A stretch of 64,000 nt of DNA from Eledone cirrhosa. Lineage: Eukaryota. Where the stretch lies: assembly GCA_964016885.1 (NCBI GenBank), contig OZ024741.1, positions 175,584,001 through 175,648,000 on the forward strand. Reading direction: 5' to 3'. The notes beneath the pieces were generated by a model. That model had not been told where the DNA came from, searched no databases, and saw only the letters and a list, made by a program, of their open reading frames with translations. The translations under genes were made by a program, and so were the position numbers. Below, piece by piece: positions 54,609-64,000 of this stretch (the first letter of the stretch is position 1; the number at the start of each line of letters is the position of its first letter).

Positions 54609-56330
54609 AATATATATATATATTTATAATCGATATTAAATAAATGGAAACTATATTTATAAAACCATATTTATTTCATTATATATATTTCAGGGATATC
54701 ATATTAAAAATATGTTATACCTTCTTCAGACAAAATACAATATAAACAGTCTTATAAATAGATAGATTCGACATACCTTTCAACTTCGACTTCTATTTGA
54801 AAAGTTGATTTGGTAGTGAAAAAAATATTAGGGACAGTTATAAAAAGAAAGAAAGAAAAACGAAGAAAAAGAAGAAATGCATGCAACTAAATAGAGAGAG
54901 ATAGATATAGAGAGATAGATAGAGAGAAGAAATTCATGTAAAGAAACAGAGAGAGATATATAGAGAGAGGAAAAAACACAGAGGGAGATAGATAGAGAGA
55001 GAGAGAGAGAGAAGAGAGGAGGGAGAGAGAGAGAGAGAGAGAGAGAAAATATAGAGAGATAGATATAGATAGAGATAGAGAGAAAGAAAATAGGTAGTTG
55101 TGCACCAGTTGAATGACGTATCAATGATATATTTATTTATTTATTTATTTATTTAGCTCTAGTATTAATGTAGAGAGAGATATATGTGGTTAAGAGAGAA
55201 AACAGCCGTTACATAGAGAGAAAAATATCCAGACAAAAACGAGGCAGATTTAAAACACTATGTTTCATCAGTGTAAAAAATATCAATTCGTATAAAACAG
55301 GCATTATAATATAAATATCAGTATTCATGAATGAGACACGTATCAATAATGTGTGAAAAATAATGATCATATGTCTAGTTTAAATTCCTAGGTTTATATT
55401 AGAGTTGAGTAAAATAGAAGGTTATCTCAGATTTTATACTATATACATCCATGTGAATTTACGTGATCAGCTCTGCAAATTCCTATTTCACACGAAAACA
55501 TTCTCATTGTGCTATAAAAATTCTAGTATACATATATGTGTACATACATACAAATATATATAGAGTCTACATTAATTTTAACAATACTATTCATGTCTTT
55601 ACTCTACATGATTATCGTTCAAGCATAAATAGAGAACAGATATCAATATATCAATAAAAATAACAGAAACAAAAGTAAATAAAAAACAAAAAAAATCAAA
55701 AAAATATTAAAAATAAAAATATTAAAAATATTAAAAATATTAAAATAAAAATAAAACATAGTATGCCCCACAAATCAACCATAGAGATCAACCCTTCAAA
55801 GTTAATTGACAATATATTGCCAAGTTCGTTATAAGCATCAGGATCAAAAGCAAACAAAACCAAAAATTATTTACCAAATCCTGTCTAGCAGAAAACATTC
55901 CAAAAGTTTAGGATACCCATTTGATCTACAGATGGTCTTATATTTAATATAGAAGTTTATCTAGTGTAAAATTTATTCGATATATTTGGAGCATCAGCTT
56001 TTAGGGTAGTTTAATTATTCATGAAGAATGTTTAAAATAAAAAGGAATCGAAAGATTTATCGGCGAGTTTCATAAATAATTATAAATCAAATTAAATATA
56101 CTACATTTTAAATTTATATTTATATTTAAAAGTTGAGTTCAATCTATGTCTGCAGCAACTGAATAAATTTGTCCGTAAATTAAGGGAATTTTTAGATTTT
56201 AGTATAAAGAGTATCTCCTCCGCGCAGAGGTCACATGTCTCGGAGGATGAATTAAAATGAATCCCTCTTGAGACTATATTCCAAGCCGTTGAATATCCAA
56301 CGTTATCATGCCTAAGTTGCCAGAGTAGGC

Positions 56331-57562
56331 CTTGTGGGCCTATTTTTAATCAATTCGCTGCATAGGAAAATACCCGGTGCTACAGGAGGTTTATATAGAG
56401 ATGACATGCTTTTACTTATTGAAAATAATAACTCTGAACTAAATAGAAAAAGAAAACAAATTACACAATTTTTTAATTACTTTAATCTAAAAATAGAAAT
56501 TGAGAATAACCATAGAATAGTCAATTTCCTAGATGTAACATTAAATCTCAACACATGTCTTCACTATCCATTTCACAAGTTGAATGAAAACTTAAACTAT
56601 GTCAGCTTTAACTCTAACCACCCCAGATCTGTTAAAAATACTATAGTAAACTCTGTTCAAAATCGTATCTCTAGAATCTCATCTAATAAAAAGATTTTCG
56701 ACGAAAAAGCCCAGTATTACAATGAAGCGTTAGCTAGAGCAGGATATAGTGATAACATTATGTACATAGATAATAATAGACAAACTAACCAAAATAACAA
56801 CAATTTTAATTACGGCAACAACTTTAACAACTATAATAGAAAGCATTACAATAATTCCAAAAGCCAAAAAAGAAATAGAACTAGGAATATAATTTGGTTT
56901 GCCCCCCTTTCTCACTAAACATTAAAACCCACATCGCTAAACTATTTTTTAATGCTCTTGATAATCGCTTCCCTAGAACACATAGGTATCACTCAATTTT
57001 CAATAGACATACTATAAAATTAACTTACTCATCCACCAAAAATTTAGCACAAAATATTAATAGAATAAATAATAGGAATTTAAAACCTAGCTAAAATACC
57101 GATAATAGCATAAATAATATCCAAGTTAACAAATGTAACTGTAGAGATAGATCTAAATGTCCGTTAAATAACAATTGCTTAGTTAAAAATATAATATGCA
57201 ACTGTAATGTTAAAACGGACTTAAATTCTTTTAACTATGTTGGTTCCACCTCGACAGAATTTAAACTTCGCTATAATAACCACAAGAATTCTTTCACAGA
57301 TCCAAACAAAAAATCCTCAACATCACTATCAGGCCTACTCTGGCAACTTAGGCATGATAACGTTGGATATTCAACAGCTTGGAATATAGTCTCAAGAGGA
57401 ATTCCTTTTAATTCATCCTCCGAGACATGTGACCTCTGCGCGGAGGAGATATTCTTTATACTAAAATCTAAAAATTCCCTTAATTTACGGACAAATTTAT
57501 TCAGTTGCTGCAGACATAGATTGAACTCAACTTTTAAATATAAATATAAATTTAAAATGTAG
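56331..57562 (+). pseudogene. PLE RT C-terminal part + GIY-YIG endonuclease, one frameshift (~56898) and one in-frame stop (57092)
   Basis: LVGLFL..GGLYRDD..IVNFLDVTLNL..SNHP; CNCRDRSKCPLNNNCLVKNII..YVGSTSTEFKLRYNNHKNSF..TSLS..WQL..CDLCAEE..LNLR..CRH. Confidence 0.9.
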
Positions 57563-58911
57563 TATATTTAATTTGATTTATAATTATTTATGAAACTCGC
57601 CGATAAATCTTTCGATTCCTTTTTATTTTAAACATTCTTCATGAATAATTAAACTACCCTAAAAGCTGATGCTCCAAATATATCGAATAAATTTTACACT
57701 AGATAAACTTCTATATTAAATATAAGACCATCTGTAGATCAAATGGGTATCCTAAACTTTTGGAATGTTTTCTGCTAGACAGGATTTGGTAAATAATTTT
57801 TGGTTTTGTTTGCTTTTGATCCTGATGCTTATAACGAACTTGGCAATATATTGTCAATTAACTTTGAAGGGTTGATCTCTGTGGTTGATTTGCGGGGCAT
57901 ACTATGTTTTATTTTTATTTTAATATTTTAAATATTTTTAATATTTTTATTTTTAATATTTTTTTGATTTTTTTGTTTTTTATTTACTTTTTGTTTCTGA
58001 TATTTTTATTGATATATTGATATCTGTTCTCTATTTATGCTTGAACGATAATCATGTAGAGTAAAGACATGAATAGTATTGTTAAAATTAATGTAGACTC
58101 TATATATATTTGTATGTATGTACACATATATGTATACTAGAATTTTTATAGCACAATGAGAATGTTTTCGTGTGAAATAGGAATTTGCAGAGCTGATCAC
58201 GTAAATTCACATGGATGTATATAGTATAAAATCTGAGATAACCTTCTATTTTACTCAACTCTAATATAAACCTAGGAATTTAAACTAGACATATGATCAT
58301 TATTTTTCACACATTATTGATACGTGTCTCATTCATGAATACTGATATTTACATTATAATGCCTGTTTTATACGAATTGATATTTTTTACACTGATGAAA
58401 CATAGTGTTTTAAATCTGCCTCATTTTTGTCTGGATATTTTTCTCTCTATGTAACGGCTGTTTTCTCACTTAACCACATATATCTCTCTCTACATTAATA
58501 TTAGAGCTAAATAAATAAATAAATAAATAAATATATCATTGATACGTCATTCAACTGGTGCACAACTACCTATTTTCTTTCTCTCTATCTCTATCTATAT
58601 CTATCTCTCTATATTTTCTCTCTCTCTCTCTCTCCTCTCTTCTCTCTCTCTCTCTATCTATCTCCCTCTGTGTTTTTTCCTCTCTCTATATATCTCTCTC
58701 TGTTTCTTTACATGAATTTCTTCTCTCTATCTATCTCTCTATATCTATCTCTCTCTATTTAGTTGCATGCATTTCTTCTTTTTCTTCGTTTTTCTTTCTT
58801 TCTTTTTATAACTGTCCCTAATATTTTTTTCACTACCAAATCAACTTTTCAAATAGAAGTCGAAGTTGAAAGGTATGTCGAATCTATCTATTTATAAGAC
58901 TGTTTATATTG

Positions 58912-58977
58912 TATTTTGTCTGAAGAAGGCATAACATATTTTTAATATGATATCCCTGAAATATATATAATGAAATA
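58912..58977 (+). ncRNA. Hammerhead ribozyme in PLE2 pLTR (mirror copy 54672-54737 on minus strand)
   Basis: tattttgt CTGAAGA aggcataacatat tttta atatgatatccct GAAA tatata TA atgaaata; helix I 8 bp with wobbles. Confidence 0.8.
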
Positions 58978-59608
58978 AATATGGTTTTATAAATATAGTT
59001 TCCATTTATTTAATATCGTAAATATACTCCAAATACTTGTTGAGTGCTTTTATATCAGTTATAAATATTTACTCGTTGTTAACCCAACAATTTAAATAAA
59101 ACTTTGCATATATATATTTATATATATTTACACGCACACACACAATCCGCCCCCCCCCCATATATATATATATATTATTCAACATGTTAATAAATGAAAA
59201 ATATTCTCATAATCAAAATATATATTTTATTATACATATTTCACAGGTACAATGGTATTTAAGTACGTTTTCATCAGACAAAATATATGATTTGATATGT
59301 GACATACCATTACGGTTTTGATTATTCAATTCCAGTATTGGCAATGATTTATTTCATCAAATCTCAACGTTTTTATACCACAAATAATATGATAAACTTA
59401 ACGAAGAAAAAGGACGTAGAGCAAGTTAGAAATATTGTATTCGTTGAATAATCAACGAACCATATTAATCTTTTGTTATATATATATGTATATACTGAAT
59501 ATATATATATATATCAGAAATCAGCATACGCAAGTTGTATATTATCGTATTATTGTATGTATTTTTATATACAAACGGCAGATTAGGATTCAAAAGGTTC
59601 ACTAAATG

Positions 59609-59703
<95 letters not shown>

Positions 59704-59834
59704 CATACATGCACACATATAAATATATATATATATAAATGAAATCATTATCTTATGTTGTTTATTACATAACTAATAAGCTCTGTAGCCTACATAGAGC
59801 ACTCTTTTTTCCTGTACCTTTCCGATGGAATTAC

Positions 59835-59949
<115 letters not shown>

Positions 59950-60764
59950 TTATATATATATCGAATATATCGAAGCTCTCAATCCAAAGTTCATTGGAAA
60001 TCCGAGGGGAAGCTAAACGAAAAGTGTAACGCTTATATTTTCTAAAGAGAGCTAAAAGATTTTCTGAATAGGAAATAAAGATGCGCTGCCTCATGTCTTT
60101 CTACGAGCTTACGTATTTCTTCACAACCTTCACAATCATCACCATACCTTATAAATATCGATTTCTTTTAATCGGAACAAGTATTGTGTTGCTTTAAAAG
60201 GAGACCATTATAAGATCATATTAACATCAATATATCATTAGTGGTTATTTTATTTGCTGATGTCTGCACGAGAAAATCTTTTCCAATCGAGATCTAAACT
60301 AAAAATTAGAGGAACAAAATTAAATATTGGCAAGATATGAATGTTTTATTTATCAATGTCAATATGGATATTCATTTCATACTTAGGACATATCTCAAAA
60401 GTTTAGAAATGGTATAAAAAATCTGTAAATACACACCTTTCTCAGATCAGATAGCGGTGCAAGAGAAAAAAACTATTTCATTGAAAGAATCGAAACTGGA
60501 TTAACATATGTGAATGTAGAGTGCATAAATCTCACTGTACAGTATTTGCTGCATCTGTATTAGGAAATGGAAGATATTTATCGATGAAACGATTCACACA
60601 AACTGCACGAAACAGGAGAGGTTTTAAAGAAGAAGTGTGAATATCACTGCACATCTCATATGGAAAGTAATTAAGCTTGACAAAATCATGGCTGATAGAA
60701 AGGACATTTTTTCTTCTTCATTTAATTCAATGGAGCAGATTGTTTTGAAGGGACTATGTATAAT

Positions 60765-60915
60765 AATTGTTTCCATTTTTGGCACAAGGCCAGCAATTAT
60801 TCCAGTGCATTACTGGTACTTTATTTTATCGACCCCGTAAGGATGAAGGGCAAAGTTAACCTGGGCAGGATTTGAACAAAACCGTAAAGGACCGTAACTC
60901 TACGCTGCAAAGCAT
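60765..60915 (-). mobile_element. Dominant SINE
   Basis: ggcacaaggccagcaattattccagtgcattactggtactttattttatcgaccccgtaaggatg. Confidence 0.85.
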
Positions 60916-62498
60916 TTAAGAATGTTTTAATTCAATATCATCATCATCATCATCATGCGACTACAGTAGTAGACAGTAACAATCACCTCATCCACCTATT
61001 GCAGTTTTAATAGTCAGATTTGTTGTCTTGATCGGGTGATCAGCACCGGCCCACTTCGCGACATACATTTCTAGGTAGAGTTTGAACTTAGAACGTAAGG
61101 CATTGGAAAAGATAGCACATATCTATCCAACGCTGATTAAGCAATTCCGTTAATCAACCGTTGTCGATTGGCATTTTGTTTGAACTCGACTGAAATTGAA
61201 CTCAGAGTGTGGGTAGTTGGAACAATTACTTCGGGATATTTTATACGACGCTGTACCGATTCAGTCGATTCATCGTTATTCAATATCAAGTTGTTAGTAA
61301 TTGTGTTTGCCATTTGACTTTAATTACTCAACGATTTAATGCTACTTGTTATTTAAATAATTTTACTATTTGATCAATATTTGTTCTCATCTTGTAGCGT
61401 CTACACATTCACACATAGATACAGAATCAGAAAGAGAGAGAGAGAGAGGGAGACACACACATACACATGCAAACATATATAAAACACATACACAGACTGA
61501 TATACATAGACGGATATGCGTGTATGCACAAGATGTTCACGTACTCGGCTATGTAAGACTTTTTAGTTTCTCGAGGATATAGTTCTTTTTATCAAATTTC
61601 ATCACATACACTGTATTCCTTTGAAAGACCTTCAATGCAATTTCCGTAGCAGCATTTGATTCTGAAACATAAAATTTGTGTTCATCCTATTGTCTGCTAC
61701 CTTCTTGTTCTTCTAACGAGCCACAATCGATAAATCTATCACGATTCGTTGCAGAAACTTACAATTCCTTGGATGACTTTACACAACATTTTGCTATTCA
61801 GTTTAAGCAGAAAACAATTTATTAGATATTTAATCAAAATAATGATATAGTTCTCATTTTCGTTTGAATATAAAACCTTTATGTTGCATGGTTTAGATAT
61901 CAGAAACCTTCAAGCAAAACCCTTTTGTCACTCTTCTACTGATAATAAAACATACATATCTTCTTTAACGGCTAATGATATATACTCGATGGTTTCCTAG
62001 AATTCAATATCTCACACAATACTAGATTCTTTCTTGTTTTTCTTCTTCTAAACTATATCTCACTTCATTCTATTGAAGCAATAATTTTATCATGACGGGA
62101 AACCTGTGATATGACCGTATATATTACGAATAAAAACACTGCCCATGGTGATACATGAAGCCTTCGTTTTGACATTTCATTTACAATGATTAAGTTTGGT
62201 CCATGACATTTTCCTATATGCAACATATCTTTAGCTTTAAACCAATCTTTCACACAGTCATTTAAAAGAAGTCTTATACACTTTACATATATATATATGA
62301 CACATTTCTCTGCTTTATTTACGTTCATATCCATTCTTTGTTATGCAAGTTGGTTCATGATGATAGGCGTTTCATCCTCTCTTACGGGTGAATACGGATC
62401 AGGTGAATGAAATGGATATATTTACTTGCTGCAACTGCACTATATTTAATCTTACCTCTGTTATGATCAGACAGGAAAAGGAAAGAGAGAAATAAATA

Positions 62499-62569
<71 letters not shown>

Positions 62570-63614
62570 CCACACACACACACACACATACACGCACACA
62601 GTGTGAGTGAGGGAGGCAGAGAAGGAAAGAAAAATATAGATGCGGGTGTTCGATCTAAAGTAACTTCTATTTTATCACAATCTAGCAATTCGGTAACTAT
62701 AAGCAGAGTGGTAAACGTAATGCATCGCAGGGTTTAATAATCCAATATGGCACATAAGTGTATTTAACGGAGCCCACTCTACAGCAAGTATTCGGGCTAG
62801 GTCATCGATTTGAGGATTTTCTCCTCTTTTCACATTACTCAGGGAGGCGCCGAATAGTCCTTGACACTGCCGTATCAATCCCACCTATACATACCTCGCC
62901 GACAAAAAATAAATTAGTATACAATAGAGTAACTCAACTCATCACTGTAAGCCCATAGTGGATGCAGTATAAATTTGATGCGCGTTTCATTGTTTTACTG
63001 AGTTCACCCTCCCTCTTAGTAGAGTGTAACTAAGATAACATAACATGTCCCATTTGTCTCATTAACATACTGATGGAAGTAGCGATCAATTTTGAAAAAT
63101 CTTATTTCTAGCAAGATTGTTGACTGTATAAATGTTCTTTTATTGATTCGATATTGCTATAATGTTCATAGACGGAAAGTCAAATTTCCGTAGAATAAGG
63201 GAATTAAGAATTAACTTTCTTCTAACATGCAATCGACACTTACTTGTATTTCAGTGAAAAATAGCTATAGTACATAAGCATTGTTTTGATTCAGAGAAAG
63301 GGTTATCTCTGAACCACTGAATTCTATGGCAACTGAAAGACAGATTCATTTATACTTTTAGTTTATTCTATTTCTTTATTGAAACTGTATTCGAGTTGAG
63401 GCAATGCCTATTCAGAATCTAAATCATACTAGTAAAAATAATTTATTACACAGAATCAAAACTAAAATATATTGGAGTAGGAGCATATTCGATACATCCC
63501 ACCCAATTCCAATACGTGATTAGTAAAATCAAATATAGATCTGTAGTTGGTGAATAACCAGAATCGATAGAAAATCGGATAATATACCCCCTCAGACTTT
63601 GTACAGTCCCTCTA

Positions 63615-63705
63615 CATTTTGAGTTTAAATCCTGCAACATTCAACTCTTTCTTTCCTTTCGAGGTCGATAAGTTAAGTACCAGTCCAGTACCGGGGTCGA
63701 TTTTT
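63615..63705 (+). mobile_element. Older diverged copy of the dominant SINE
   Basis: gagtttaaatcc...cctttcgaggtcgataagttaagtaccag...ggggtcgat. Confidence 0.6.
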
Positions 63706-63857
63706 CTCATTCACATCTCTTTATGCTTCTCCCTGGAACAGGTTTGTCACTCTCCGACCCATTCTTAACTGAAAGAAACTGAATTAGGCCTGGAATGTAT
63801 GTACCTTCTCTATTTAATGTATTGGGTCATTTACACACACACAAACATACACACACA

Positions 63858-63961
<104 letters not shown>

Positions 63962-64000
63962 ATCTGAGTGAGTTTCTTGGTCGGTGTCCAAGTCTCAGAC

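Larger units (their letters stand above)
54631..59018 (+). mobile_element. Penelope-like retroelement 2, 5'-truncated, with 1.7-kb inverted arms (54631-56332 / 57331-59018)
   Basis: Arms near-identical reverse complements (same 64-aa ORF at 55463+ and 58006-); interior RT thumb + GIY-YIG. Confidence 0.93.

Noticed and set aside
55463-58200. Duplicated 64-aa ORF on opposite strands
   Set aside because: By-product of the PLE2 inverted arms; no protein signature.

Overview
AT-rich, repeat-saturated eukaryotic DNA with no supportable host gene. The microsatellite load and SINE families suggest a cephalopod/octopus genome (inference). Almost all ORFs in the track are microsatellite artefacts. Real content: (i) a ~15.3-kb array of a 32-bp monomer (26515-41779, ~477 copies) whose single-monomer progenitor still lies ~230 bp upstream; the expanded copy interrupts a LINE fragment and has higher-order duplications. 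(ii) Two 5'-truncated Penelope-like retroelements (RT + GIY-YIG), each wrapped in long inverted pLTR arms (0.7 and 1.7 kb) beside (TA)n tracts. (iii) At least 7 distinct hammerhead-ribozyme motifs, several at the turn of short fold-backs embedded in (TA)n. (iv) Many tRNA-type SINEs, including nested and tandem re-insertions at one target site. (v) CRE-, RTE-, CR1- and Ingi/Vingi-like LINE fragments and a fold-back MITE-like element. Coordinates were read by eye and may be off by a few bases.
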